Origin: Eubacteriales bacterium
GTDB taxonomy: Bacteria; Bacillota; Clostridia; Oscillospirales; CAG-272
DNA length: 64,000 nucleotides
Direction of reading: 5' to 3'
Assembly (NCBI GenBank): GCA_045632285.1
Contig: JAZQWJ010000069.1
Coordinates: forward strand, 235-64,234
The stretch's first letter is position 1. Each line of letters opens with the position of its first letter. The translations under genes were made by a program, and so were the position numbers. The notes under the pieces are model-generated. The model was not told where the DNA came from. It saw nothing but the letters and a program-made list of their open reading frames with translations, and did no database searches. Positions 26,602 through 36,480 of this stretch are shown in pieces.

Positions 26602-27669
26602 ATGAAAAAACTCATCGCCCTTATACTTTCTGTTTGTGCGCTATGCTCCTGCGCTGTGCTGCCGACCGCTGCCGAAACAGAGCAGACCCATACACTGACC
26701 CTGGAGGGGGAGGGGGAGCCGATCGTGCTTGCGGGGGCTTTGTCCTACGTGCTGCCGGCCTCCACTGCCCCCGAGGGCAAGCAATTTGTGGGGTGGCAGG
26801 GCGAGCTTGCGGGTGAGCCCGTGTTTTTGCCGGAGGGCGCGGATATCGATCCTGCGTCGGACGGCACGCTGCGTGCCGTTTATATTGGCATTCAAATGCG
26901 CAGCAAGCCCCAGATCCGCTATGATGTAGAGGGTTTGCGGTATCTGACCAAGATCGACAGATCCGATCTGGAGGCACTGGAAGCCTTGACTGAGGTGGGC
27001 TTTGGCACGCTGATCACGCCCAAGGAGCACCTCAAAAAAAATCAGGCGCTGAATCACGGGGTGTTGACCTCCTCCGGTAAGGCTTTTTTGGACGTGGTGA
27101 CGGCTGGCCTTTACACCAGAGACGAAGAGACCTGCTGGCTGGCAGGTTCCGTTGGACATATCAAGACCAAAAACAACTGCCGCGAGCTGCTGGCGGCGGG
27201 GTATCTGACGGTGGCCTATACCGATGGCAGCACGGGATGCGTCTATGCTCCGGTTACTGTCAAAAAGGGAAGCACCGCGCCCCATCTGTATCAGTTGGCG
27301 GCCGATGCTTATCGCGGCGGAACCGATGCAGAGCGCGTTTTCTTGCGCGGTGTGCTGGATACGGTGGTCAATTTTGATACGACACGTGATGCCATCGGCA
27401 ATATTACTGCATTTTTCAGCGGTCCCAAGCAGGCCGAGGGCTATACGTCGCCCTATACGGCGCGTTATGAAAAAAAAGCACAGCGCATTGTGATCGGGAT
27501 CAATGAGGGGGCGGCGGTGAATTTCAATACGCACTATGCCGGCATCATTTTTGACGGGCATATCTATCACGCTTCCTTTTTGAAAAATTCCGATGTGCAG
27601 TTCGGAGCCGACGGCACGCTTCTTTATATTGAAAATTGGTCCGGCGGAGAGTATTCCGATTTTTATTAA
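26602..27669 (+). CDS. Secreted hypothetical protein
   Basis: It has a signal peptide MKKLIALILSVCALCSCAVLPTAAE. An N-terminal FVGWQGE segment is reminiscent of Listeria-Bacteroides-type repeats. I recognise no other domain. Confidence 0.6.
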   Translation: MKKLIALILSVCALCSCAVLPTAAETEQTHTLTLEGEGEPIVLAGALSYVLPASTAPEGKQFVGWQGELAGEPVFLPEGADIDPASDGTLRAVYIGIQMRSKPQIRYDVEGLRYLTKIDRSDLEALEALTEVGFGTLITPKEHLKKNQALNHGVLTSSGKAFLDVVTAGLYTRDEETCWLAGSVGHIKTKNNCRELLAAGYLTVAYTDGSTGCVYAPVTVKKGSTAPHLYQLAADAYRGGTDAERVFLRGVLDTVVNFDTTRDAIGNITAFFSGPKQAEGYTSPYTARYEKKAQRIVIGINEGAAVNFNTHYAGIIFDGHIYHASFLKNSDVQFGADGTLLYIENWSGGEYSDFY

Positions 27670-27678
27670 AGAAATGCA

Positions 27679-27710
27679 AGCCTCCCCGAGCAGGTCGGGG
27701 AGGCTTTGTT
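27679..27710 (+). terminator. Rho-independent terminator
   Basis: AGCCTCCCCGA-GCAGG-TCGGGGAGGCT followed by TTGTT. Confidence 0.65.
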
Positions 27711-27724
27711 ACAGGAGCAGTAAA

Positions 27725-29095
27725 ATGTTTGAAATTTTTGATACCGTTGCCGCCGTTTCTACGCCAAGGGGCAAGGGCGGCATTGCGGTGATCCGCATTT
27801 CGGGTGCTGATACCGCCCCGGTATTGGCGCGCGTGTTTCGTGCCAATACCGATCCCGCAGCGGCGCCGCGCAAGGCGATCTTCGGTAAGATCCTGGATGC
27901 CGCAGGTCAGGTGATCGACGAGGGGCTGGCCGTGTTTTTCAAGGGGCCAAATTCTTTTACGGGAGAGGACGTGGCCGAAATCTCCTGTCACGGTGGCGCC
28001 TTGGTGACCGAGTGTGTGCTTTCCGCCGTTTTGGCGGCAGGGGCCCGCGCCGCAACGGCGGGGGAATTTACGCGCCGCGCGCTGCTGAACGGCAAGATGA
28101 CGCTATCCTCTGCCGAGGCGTTGGGTGCGCTGCTGGAGGCACAAACCACGGGGCAAATGACGTTGGCGGGCAGCGGTATGCGCGGCAAGCTTTCGCAGGC
28201 TGTGGGCGGCGCCTTTGAGCGGTTGTCCTTGCTTTTGGCGGATGCCTACGCCAAGATCGATTTTCCTGACGAGGATCTGAACAGTATGAGCCGCGAGGAG
28301 CTGACCAAGGCCTTGGAGGGTGTGCAAGCCGACTTGAACGGTTTGCTTGCCACCTATCGCACAGGCCACGCTGTGGCCGAGGGCATTTCTACCGTGATCT
28401 GCGGCCCGGTGAATGCGGGCAAATCCACACTGTATAACGCCCTTGTGGGGCGCGAGGCCGCCATTGTGACCGACGTGGCGGGCACGACCCGTGATATTTT
28501 GTGCGAGACCGTTGCACTTGGTGCAGTGACCTTGCGACTGTTTGACACGGCAGGTCTGCGCGATACCGACGATACCGTAGAGGGCATTGGCATTGATCGC
28601 GCCCGCCGCGCGATGCAGGATGCCGAGTTGATCCTGGCTGTTTTGGATGCAAGCACCCCCGCCACCAAAGAGGAAGAGGCGCTGCTGAGCGAGCTGCGTC
28701 GATCTGCTGCCACTGTGGTGGTCGTGTTGAATAAATGCGATAACGGTATGCGTTTTTCGCGACATTTGCTTGAAGGCTTTGACCACGTGGTGCGGCTTTC
28801 TGCCTCCTGCGGCAGGGTGGATGCGCTGCGGGAATTGGTAGAAAAGCTATATCTTTCAGACGGTATTTCGCTCCGTGAGGATGCGGTGGTCTCCAATGCC
28901 CGTCAGTATGCTGCGCTGAGCCGCGCTGTTGATGCGTTGGGTGTGGCGCTGGCCTCTTTGCACGGAGGTGTGCCGCTGGATGCCGCTTGCATTGACGTTG
29001 AGCTGGCGATGGCTGCCCTTGGAGAGGTGGACGGCCGCGCGGTGGATGAAAGTATCATTGCCGATATCTTTTCTCACTTTTGCGTTGGGAAATAA
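27725..29095 (+). CDS. mnmE: tRNA modification GTPase MnmE (TrmE)
   Basis: MFEIFDTVAAVSTPRGKGGIAVIRISG is a typical N-terminus. It has G1 GPVNAGKSTL, G3 DTAG, G4 NKCD and a C-terminal CVGK. The track start at 27593 overlaps the upstream gene. Confidence 0.95.
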   Translation: MFEIFDTVAAVSTPRGKGGIAVIRISGADTAPVLARVFRANTDPAAAPRKAIFGKILDAAGQVIDEGLAVFFKGPNSFTGEDVAEISCHGGALVTECVLSAVLAAGARAATAGEFTRRALLNGKMTLSSAEALGALLEAQTTGQMTLAGSGMRGKLSQAVGGAFERLSLLLADAYAKIDFPDEDLNSMSREELTKALEGVQADLNGLLATYRTGHAVAEGISTVICGPVNAGKSTLYNALVGREAAIVTDVAGTTRDILCETVALGAVTLRLFDTAGLRDTDDTVEGIGIDRARRAMQDAELILAVLDASTPATKEEEALLSELRRSAATVVVVLNKCDNGMRFSRHLLEGFDHVVRLSASCGRVDALRELVEKLYLSDGISLREDAVVSNARQYAALSRAVDALGVALASLHGGVPLDAACIDVELAMAALGEVDGRAVDESIIADIFSHFCVGK

Positions 29096-29133
29096 AAAAA
29101 AGAAGCAAAGCTGTGCTTTGCTTCTTTTTTTTA
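29094..29133. terminator. Bidirectional rho-independent terminator (mnmE / ldh)
   Basis: AAAAAAAA-AGAAGCAAAGC-TGT-GCTTTGCTTCT-TTTTTTTT. Confidence 0.85.
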
Positions 29134-29139
29134 TTTCTT

Positions 29140-30099
29140 TTAGATCTCGATCTGCTCTAAAACGGCGCGCAGACAGTCGGCGCTGTGTTGCAGCTTTTTG
29201 ATTTCTTCGTCGGTCAATTCTACGGGGATGTGTGCTTTGATGCCGTCAGGGCCGACCAAGGCCAAGGTAGAAAGGCAAATGTTGTCAACACCGTACTCGT
29301 TGTGGTGCATAGTCGACACGGTCATAGCCGTTTCGTTGCCGCTGAAGATGCACTTGCAAATGTGTACTGCTGCGGTAGAGACTGCATAGAAGGTGGCACC
29401 CTTGCGGGCAATGATCTGAGAGCCGGAGGTGCGTACGTATTCCTCGGCCGCCTCGTGGTCAAGGGGCGGGACGGGCTCATCGTTTGCAACGGACACCTTG
29501 TGGTATTTATCAACGTCTACGCAAGAGATGTTGGCCTGAGACCACGGAACAAACGAAGAATCGCCGTGCTCGCCAAACACAAATGCGTGTACGTTCTGGC
29601 GGCTGATGTGGAAGTGGTCGCCAAGATAAGAGCGCAGGCGGGAGGTATCCAAAATGGTACCGCTGCCGATGATACGGCTTTCGGGGATATCGGTGACCTT
29701 GTTGAATACGTAGGTCAGCACGTCTACGGGGTTGCTGATCAGCAGATAGATGGCATTGGGGGCGTAGCGGGTGATCTCTTTGGCAATGCTTTTGAGAATG
29801 TTGACGTTGGTCTGTGCAAGATCCAGGCGGCTTTGGCCGGGCTTTCTTGCAATGCCGGAGGTAATGATCACAATATCGGAATCCACGGCGTCCTCATAGT
29901 CACCGGAGATCACGCGGGTGCCCTTAAAGAAGGGGGAGCCTTGGGTAATGTCCATGGCCTCGCCCTCTGCCTTGTCCTTTTTGATATCGATGATGACGAT
30001 TCTGTTGGCAATGCCCTCTATAGCCATAGCATAGGCGATGGTGGCACCTACGTTGCCGGCACCAATGATCGTTACTTTTCTTAAATCGGGTTCGCGCAT
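29140..30099 (-). CDS. ldh: L-lactate dehydrogenase
   Basis: VTIIGAGNVGAT (NAD-binding), ITSGIARKPGQSRLDL, NPVDV and the catalytic-His block FGEHGDS. Confidence 0.9.
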   Translation of the reverse strand: MREPDLRKVTIIGAGNVGATIAYAMAIEGIANRIVIIDIKKDKAEGEAMDITQGSPFFKGTRVISGDYEDAVDSDIVIITSGIARKPGQSRLDLAQTNVNILKSIAKEITRYAPNAIYLLISNPVDVLTYVFNKVTDIPESRIIGSGTILDTSRLRSYLGDHFHISRQNVHAFVFGEHGDSSFVPWSQANISCVDVDKYHKVSVANDEPVPPLDHEAAEEYVRTSGSQIIARKGATFYAVSTAAVHICKCIFSGNETAMTVSTMHHNEYGVDNICLSTLALVGPDGIKAHIPVELTDEEIKKLQHSADCLRAVLEQIEI

Positions 30100-30108
30100 G
30101 GTGCCTCC

Positions 30109-31185
30109 TTACTTGCTGGTTTCGTAAACCATTTTGTAGATGGCCTCGATCTCGGCGTGGCGCTGTGCGGCCAAGGCCTTCATAGCGTCTACCTGCTCGG
30201 TGCTGAACTTGTCAAGGTCGCCGGGCTTCAGCTTATTCTTGTAGTTACGGTCTGCGATCAGAGCATAATTGATATCAAGATCGGTGATCTTGCCGTCGAT
30301 CTCACAGATAACGATGTTGCTCTTGCCCTCCAGCAAAAGCTCTACGGCGCGCACGCCCATCTGGGTGGCGGTCATACGGTCGCGCAGGGTGGGATCACCG
30401 CCGCGTACCACGTGTGCAAAGCGGGCAAACTTGGTCTCAACACCGGTCTCGGCATCAATCTTCTTGGCAAGGACCTCGCCGTACTTTTTGCCGTCCTCGG
30501 TGAATACACCCTCGGAAACAACAACAAGGAAGCCACGCTTGCCGTCGGCCTTCATTGCCTTGATACGCTCGATAGTGCCGGCCTCGTCAAAGGGCATTTC
30601 GGGGATCACGGCAGCAGCCGCGCCGGAAGCAAGGGCGGTGAAAAGCGCGATCTGACCGCAGTCACGGCCCATAACCTCGATGACGTTGCAGCGTGCGTGA
30701 GATTCGCAGGTGTCGCGCAGGCAGTCGATCATCTTAAGGGCGGTGTTCATAGCGGAGTCAAAGCCGATGGTATAGTCGGTTGCGGTGATATCGTTGTCAA
30801 TGGTGCAGGGCACGCCAACGGTGGGGATGCCGCGGTTGGTCAGGTCGGTCGCACCGCGGAAGGTGCCGTCGCCACCGCAGGCCACGATGGCCTCGATACC
30901 GTGCTTTTTGCAGGTAGCGATCGCCTTTTGCATACCCTCCTCGGTCTTGAATTCGTCACAACGGTCAGAGTACATAAAGGTGCCGCCGCGAGAAATGATG
31001 TTAGAGACCGAGCGGGGGGTCAGCGTGATGATATTGTCGTTGATCAGGCCGGAGTAGCCGCCAATGATGCCAACGACCTCCATGCCTTCGTCAAGAGCCT
31101 TACGGGTGATGGCACGCAGTGCCGCATTCATACCGGGGGCGTCACCTCCGGAGGCAAGCACACCGATCTTACGGAATTTAGCCAT
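30109..31185 (-). CDS. pfkA: ATP-dependent 6-phosphofructokinase
   Basis: IGVLASGGDAPGMNA, GGDGT, PCTIDND and MGR motifs. I chose the start at 31185 (MAKFRKIG..). An in-frame ATG at 31197 is also possible. Confidence 0.9.
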   Translation of the reverse strand: MAKFRKIGVLASGGDAPGMNAALRAITRKALDEGMEVVGIIGGYSGLINDNIITLTPRSVSNIISRGGTFMYSDRCDEFKTEEGMQKAIATCKKHGIEAIVACGGDGTFRGATDLTNRGIPTVGVPCTIDNDITATDYTIGFDSAMNTALKMIDCLRDTCESHARCNVIEVMGRDCGQIALFTALASGAAAAVIPEMPFDEAGTIERIKAMKADGKRGFLVVVSEGVFTEDGKKYGEVLAKKIDAETGVETKFARFAHVVRGGDPTLRDRMTATQMGVRAVELLLEGKSNIVICEIDGKITDLDINYALIADRNYKNKLKPGDLDKFSTEQVDAMKALAAQRHAEIEAIYKMVYETSK

Positions 31186-31342
31186 GATTTTATCCATCCT
31201 TTCCTAATTCGGGGTCATTTTAAAATCCCATCATAAAAACATTGATATTATTTTAACATACTTTTGTGTCACTGTCAATAATATTTATTATATTTATGTA
31301 AAAAAGTGCAAAAAAAGGGATAAACGATGTTCTTGACAACGG

Positions 31343-32626
31343 TTATGGCAGACGTACGTCGCACAGCAGTCGCCAAAGATCCAAAATGGCGTTGGTTGCG
31401 GCCACGGTGCGGATGTAGGCGCGGTCGCGGCGAGAGGAAAGAGACAGTCGGCGGCAGGATACCTTCTCCTTGGTTGCAACGGCAACGTAAACGGTGCCTA
31501 CGGGATCCTGCTCGGTGCCGCCGCCGGGGCCGGCATAGCCCGTGGTGGCGATGGCGGTGTCCACGTCAAATTTTTCAAGCACGCCCTTGGCCATAGCAAC
31601 GGCAACCTGCTCGCTGACCACCGTATGTGTCTTGATCAGAGCGGGATCAACGCCAAGGATGGCGGTTTTTTCGCGGGTCTGATAGGTCACGGCGCCGCCT
31701 GCCACCACGTCAGAGCAGCCCGCTACGTCGGTCAGGCGCCCCGCGATCAGGCCGCCCGTGCAGGATTCGGCGGTGGCCACGGTCAGGCTGCGGGATCTCA
31801 GCAGGTCGACCAGCGCCGCCTCGGCAGAGGGGGTGTCGATGCCATAGATATAGGGCGCCACGGGGGTTTTTTGAATTTCGGCTACCATTGCGTCACAAAG
31901 GGCGGCAGCAGCGCTTTCATCGGCGGCCTTGGAGGTCACGCGCAAGCGTACCTCGCCCGCAATGCAATAGGGAGCAAGAGTGGGATTGGCGCTTTGGAGA
32001 AGGGCGGGGGGCAGCACGCTTTCTACCATAGATTCGCCCATACCCGCAATGTGAACGTTGCGACTGAACAGCACGGCATCGCAAAGAGGCTGCAAAAAAG
32101 GCTCGACACGTTCGCGGAAAAGCGGCTCCAGCTCGCGAGGGGGACCCGGGAGCATCACAAGGATCTTGCCATCCTCGCGGGTGAGGGCCAGTGCGGGAGC
32201 GGTACCGTAATCGTTTTCAAAAACATGGGCGCCCACGGGCATCATAGCCTGCTTTTCGTTGTTGGGGGTCATCTTGCGACAGGTTGCGGTAAAATAGTGC
32301 TTGATGCGCTCAAGTGAGGGGAGATGCATTTCCATCTTGCGCCCAAAAACCCGTGCGGCGGTTTCCTTGGTCAGGTCATCGGCAGTGGGGCCAAGTCCGC
32401 CGCTGGTGATCACCAGATCGGCGCGGTCAAGGGCGGTTTGCAGGTCCTCGGCAAGGCGCTCAGGATTGTCACCTACCACGCATTGGCGATATACGCCGAT
32501 GCCAAGGGTGGCAAGGCGGCGGGAAAGATAGGCGGCGTTGGTGTTGACAATGTCGCCGATCAGCAGCTCTGTGCCAACGCACAGGATCTCGGCACGGCGA
32601 AGCTTACGTGTGGTCATTTGGTACAC
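31343..32626 (-). CDS. cinA: CinA-family protein (MoCF-binding domain plus NMN deamidase/CinA domain)
   Basis: AEILCVGTELLIGDIVNTNAAYL..VITSGGLGPTADDLTKE is at the N-terminus, and the C-terminal domain is ..ATAESCTGGL... The start may instead be at 32617. Confidence 0.85.
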   Translation of the reverse strand: MYQMTTRKLRRAEILCVGTELLIGDIVNTNAAYLSRRLATLGIGVYRQCVVGDNPERLAEDLQTALDRADLVITSGGLGPTADDLTKETAARVFGRKMEMHLPSLERIKHYFTATCRKMTPNNEKQAMMPVGAHVFENDYGTAPALALTREDGKILVMLPGPPRELEPLFRERVEPFLQPLCDAVLFSRNVHIAGMGESMVESVLPPALLQSANPTLAPYCIAGEVRLRVTSKAADESAAAALCDAMVAEIQKTPVAPYIYGIDTPSAEAALVDLLRSRSLTVATAESCTGGLIAGRLTDVAGCSDVVAGGAVTYQTREKTAILGVDPALIKTHTVVSEQVAVAMAKGVLEKFDVDTAIATTGYAGPGGGTEQDPVGTVYVAVATKEKVSCRRLSLSSRRDRAYIRTVAATNAILDLWRLLCDVRLP

Positions 32627-32789
32627 TCCTTGTCAAAATTTGAGGTGCGGAAAACGGAGCTTGTCGCTTTACAGCTACTGCTATTTTACCACATTCTGTG
32701 CGCGCTTGCACGCATTTTTTTAAAAAACTTGAAAAAAACCTTGTAATGTGTTATCATAAAATAAAAATCAGGTGAAGGGAGGTGCCGCC

Positions 32790-33680
32790 GTGGGTTGCAC
32801 GTTATGTCCAAGACACTGCAATGCAGATCGCACAGCGGGGGAGATCGGTTTTTGCGGAATGCCCGCAGAGCTGCGGATCGCAAGGGCGGCGCTACACCCC
32901 TTTGAGGAGCCACCCATCAGCGGCACGCGGGGCTCGGGAACCGTATTTTTCTCCGGATGCTCGCTGCGCTGCATCTTTTGCCAAAACGCCGCCATTCGCA
33001 CGCCGTGTAGCGGAAAAAGCACAACGGTGACGGAATTTTGTGACATTTTGCGTGCTTTAAAGGCAAAGGGAGCGCACAATATCAATCTTGTCACCCCCAC
33101 GCACTACGCCGATAAGATCGCCGAGGTGCTAGCGGCTGTTAAGGGCGAGCTTGACATCCCCGTGGTGTGGAATTGCGGGGGCTATGAGCGTGTGGAAACC
33201 TTGAGAATGCTGGAGGGTCTGGTGGATATTTATCTGCCCGATTTTAAGTATGCGTCGCGTGATCTGGCGCGGGATTATTCCGCTGCGCCCGATTATGCCG
33301 AGGTGGCTACGGCGGCGCTGGCCGAAATGCACCGCCAGACGGGGACAGTGCGCTTTGACGGCGAGGGGCTGATGACAAGGGGCGTGATGGTGCGGCATTT
33401 GGTGCTGCCCGGCAGTCGCGCCGACAGCATGGCGGTGTTGGATCGCATTGCCGCAACGGTGCCCGTTGCAGACGTGCGCCTTTCGCTGATGCGGCAATAT
33501 ACCCCCGATTTCGCACCCCGTTCGGGGCCTAAATCGCTTTTGAGACGCGTTACGTCCTTTGAATACGACAGCGTGATGCAGCACGCCGTTGACCTTGGCT
33601 TTGAGGGCTATTTTCAAACCAAAGAAAGCGCCGACAGCGCCTATACGCCCGATTTTGCGAAGATGGAGATCGCCAAGTGA
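32790..33680 (+). CDS. Radical SAM protein (PflX / pyruvate formate-lyase activase-like)
   Basis: The GTG at 32790 lies 7 nt after GGGAGG. It has an N-terminal CTLCPRHC cluster and the radical-SAM motif GCSLRCIFCQN (C-x3-C-x2-C). Confidence 0.8.
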   Translation: MGCTLCPRHCNADRTAGEIGFCGMPAELRIARAALHPFEEPPISGTRGSGTVFFSGCSLRCIFCQNAAIRTPCSGKSTTVTEFCDILRALKAKGAHNINLVTPTHYADKIAEVLAAVKGELDIPVVWNCGGYERVETLRMLEGLVDIYLPDFKYASRDLARDYSAAPDYAEVATAALAEMHRQTGTVRFDGEGLMTRGVMVRHLVLPGSRADSMAVLDRIAATVPVADVRLSLMRQYTPDFAPRSGPKSLLRRVTSFEYDSVMQHAVDLGFEGYFQTKESADSAYTPDFAKMEIAK

Positions 33681-33686
33681 CGGCAC

Positions 33687-33735
33687 AAGCCAAACACCCC
33701 CTGCCGCATGTCATACGGCAGGGGGTGTTTGGCTT
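33687..33735. terminator. Bidirectional terminator hairpin
   Basis: A 20-bp stem AAGCCAAACACCCCCTGCCG / CGGCAGGGGGTGTTTGGCTT lies between convergent genes. Confidence 0.75.
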
Positions 33736-34456
33736 AAATGCTTTTTAAAAAATCGATCAGCTCGGCAAAATTGCCCTTGGGGCAATCAAGGCCCTTTTGG
33801 AGCAGGCCGTCCTCGTCGATCAGGCAATCGGTCAGCAAAAAGGCGGAAAGCCCTGCTTTTTGTGCCGCCCACACGTCCTCCTTGGCGTTGTTGCCGATCA
33901 TCAGGCATTGGCCCGGGTCAAGCCCCAGCTTTTCGCAGATCTCAAGATAGTAGGTGGGGTTCGGCTTGCAGGAGCGGGAATTTTCGTAGGTGGTCAGCAG
34001 GTCAAAGTCGCTTGCTGCAAGCCCCGCCCACGAAATGCGGCTCTCCACCGCCACACGGGGGAAAAAGGGGTTGGTGGCAAGCACCACGCAGTCGGCCTTT
34101 TGCCGCGCCAGCGCAACGGCTTCCTTGGCAAGGGGAGTGGGCTGCGTGAGAGTGGCGGCCTTGTGAAAGCCGTTGGGATCGCTGTAAAACGCATCAAAGG
34201 TGGGGATGTCGCCGTAGACCTTTTCTCCAAAGCTTTTGGAGAAATATTCCCAAAAAATATCAAAATTCGTTTTGCTGCCGTCGTTTTTTACCATGGCTGC
34301 CACGCCCTGCCACATGGTGGGGATCATCACCTCGGCCTTGTAGCCGAGATGCGCCACGGCCCCCGACAAAAGCCCCAGATAGCCCTTGATAAAGGTGTCG
34401 TTATCCATAGGCAGCAGCGTGCCGTCCAAATCAAACAATATACCTTGGTATTTCAT
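33734..34456 (-). CDS. HAD-superfamily hydrolase
   Basis: Motif I ILFDLDGTLL, and motif IV-like GNNAKEDV near the C-terminus. Confidence 0.8.
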   Translation of the reverse strand: MKYQGILFDLDGTLLPMDNDTFIKGYLGLLSGAVAHLGYKAEVMIPTMWQGVAAMVKNDGSKTNFDIFWEYFSKSFGEKVYGDIPTFDAFYSDPNGFHKAATLTQPTPLAKEAVALARQKADCVVLATNPFFPRVAVESRISWAGLAASDFDLLTTYENSRSCKPNPTYYLEICEKLGLDPGQCLMIGNNAKEDVWAAQKAGLSAFLLTDCLIDEDGLLQKGLDCPKGNFAELIDFLKSI

Positions 34457-34610
34457 AAGCTCACCTCTTGTTACAGATGTCTATTATTATATCAAAAACA
34501 GTGTTCGGTGTCAACGGATTGATAAATTTTTAACGATTCGCCTTCTATGTCTTGACAATCTTTCCTGTTAGGTGTAAAATGTAGAAGATACCTTTTCGGG
34601 AGGCTTTGCT

Positions 34611-35222
34611 GTGAAAGAAGGAAAATTGATCGTTTTCGAGGGCATTGACGGCTGTGGCAAAAGCACGCAGATCAAAATGCTGGCCGAGGCTCTGCGGGCA
34701 AAGGGCAGAGAGGTGGCCGTGACCGCCGAGCCCACCGAGACCGAGACGGGTAAGATGCTGCGACGCGCGCTGTCGGGCGCTATGCCTGCCACGCCCTGCC
34801 AGATGGCGGCAATGTTTACGCTGGATCGCATCGTGCATAACACGGCAGAGGGCGGCATCTGCGATACGCTTCAAAAGGGTGCCGATATGCTGTCAGATCG
34901 CTATTACTATTCCTCGCTTGCCTATCAGGGCAGCCTGTGCGACTATGAGTGGGTGAAGGTGATGAACGTGAATTGCCCCGACATCAGAAGGCCCGACCTT
35001 TGCATTTTTTTGGATATCTCGCCCAAAGAGGCACTGGCCCGCATCGGTAAGCGGGGCGAGGCCAAGGAAATTTATGAAAAAGAGGATACGTTAACGACTT
35101 TTCGTGACACGTTCCTGCGCGTTTTTCAAACGCTTGGTGACAATGTGGCAGTGATCGACGCTTCCGGAACGCCCGAGGAGGTGGCCGCACGCGTGCTGGC
35201 TGCCGCAGAAAAAATACTTTAA
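34611..35222 (+). CDS. tmk: dTMP (thymidylate) kinase
   Basis: GTG start 7 nt after GGGAGG. It has the P-loop FEGIDGCGKSTQ and a DRY motif (SDRYYYSS). Confidence 0.85.
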   Translation: MKEGKLIVFEGIDGCGKSTQIKMLAEALRAKGREVAVTAEPTETETGKMLRRALSGAMPATPCQMAAMFTLDRIVHNTAEGGICDTLQKGADMLSDRYYYSSLAYQGSLCDYEWVKVMNVNCPDIRRPDLCIFLDISPKEALARIGKRGEAKEIYEKEDTLTTFRDTFLRVFQTLGDNVAVIDASGTPEEVAARVLAAAEKIL

Positions 35223-35248
35223 AATTTTTGACAAAAGGAGATAGAACG

Positions 35249-36469
35249 ATGAAAGCAGTGATGTATGGTGCAGGAAATATCGGCCGCGGATTTATTGGCC
35301 AGCGCTTTTTCCTGTCGGGCTATGAGACCACCTTTATCGACGTCAATACCGACGCTGTCAATGCCATTAACGAGGCGGGGAAATATCCCATTTACGTGAC
35401 CCGCGGTACCGAATACGTGCCCGAGTGGGTAGAGAACGTGAAGGCTGTGAACGGCCGCGACGAGGCTGCCGTGGTCGAGACCATTGCCGATGCGGATATT
35501 CTTGCCACCGCGCTGGGCGTGAACATTCTGCCCTTTGTGGCGCCTCTGATCGCCAAGGCGATCCTGAAGCGCAAGGCAGACAGTAACCGCCCCTTGAACA
35601 TTTTGATCTGTGAGAATATGATCGGCTCTAACGAGTATCTGCACGGCCTTGTAGAGCCTCATATCCCCGAGGCGGATAAGGCTTGGTTTGAAGCGAACGT
35701 GGGCTTTGTTTGCGTGTCGGTGGGTCGTACCGTCCCCCCCACGCCCGAGGAATTCAAGGCGCAGTATCCGCTTGCCGTTTGTGCCGAGCCCTATAGCGAG
35801 CTGCCCGTGGACGCCGCCGGCTTCCGCCCGATCGGCTGCGAGCTGCCCCCCATCAAGGAGCTGGTGCCCTTTTCTCCTTTTGCCTTCTTTATCGAGCGCA
35901 AGCTGCTGATCCACAATATGGGTCACGCGCTGATGACCTATATCGGTTATCTCAAGGGATACGGCTTTATCTTTGAGACCGCCACCGACGGCGAGATCAA
36001 ATATATCCTCACCCGCGCCCTGCTGGAATCTGCCCGTGCGCTTTGCAAGCGCCACGGTGCGCCCCTTGACGACACGATGCAGTTTGTTGAGGATCTGATG
36101 GTGCGCTTTGAAAACAAGCTGCTTGTAGACTCGCTGGATCGCGTTGGCCGCGATCCCAAGCGCAAGCTCTCTTCGGGCGACCGCCTTGTCGGCGCCTTTA
36201 AGATGGTACGCGAGCAGGGCGGCGTCCCCGCTCACATTGCCGTGGGCGTTGCCGCCGGCTATCTCTTTGATATGCCCACCGACCCCGCAGCTGTGGAGAT
36301 CACCGACTATGTCAAGGCCAACGGCCTTGCGGCAGCCTTGGAGAAGTATAGCGAGATCACGGATGAGGCTGACGTTAAGATGATCCGTACCTTCTATGAT
36401 ATGCTGAAGAGAAAAGCACCCTTTGCCGAATTTGTAGAGGTGCTGGCAGGCATGAAGAATACCCACTGA
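35249..36469 (+). CDS. Mannitol dehydrogenase family oxidoreductase (mannitol-1-phosphate 5-dehydrogenase-like)
   Basis: The ATG at 35249 follows AAAGGAG. It has the Rossmann motif MYGAGNIGRGFIG and a long-chain MDH C-terminal domain (..KLLIHNMGHAL..). Confidence 0.7.
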   Translation: MKAVMYGAGNIGRGFIGQRFFLSGYETTFIDVNTDAVNAINEAGKYPIYVTRGTEYVPEWVENVKAVNGRDEAAVVETIADADILATALGVNILPFVAPLIAKAILKRKADSNRPLNILICENMIGSNEYLHGLVEPHIPEADKAWFEANVGFVCVSVGRTVPPTPEEFKAQYPLAVCAEPYSELPVDAAGFRPIGCELPPIKELVPFSPFAFFIERKLLIHNMGHALMTYIGYLKGYGFIFETATDGEIKYILTRALLESARALCKRHGAPLDDTMQFVEDLMVRFENKLLVDSLDRVGRDPKRKLSSGDRLVGAFKMVREQGGVPAHIAVGVAAGYLFDMPTDPAAVEITDYVKANGLAAALEKYSEITDEADVKMIRTFYDMLKRKAPFAEFVEVLAGMKNTH

Positions 36470-36480
36470 GGTGTCGGACG

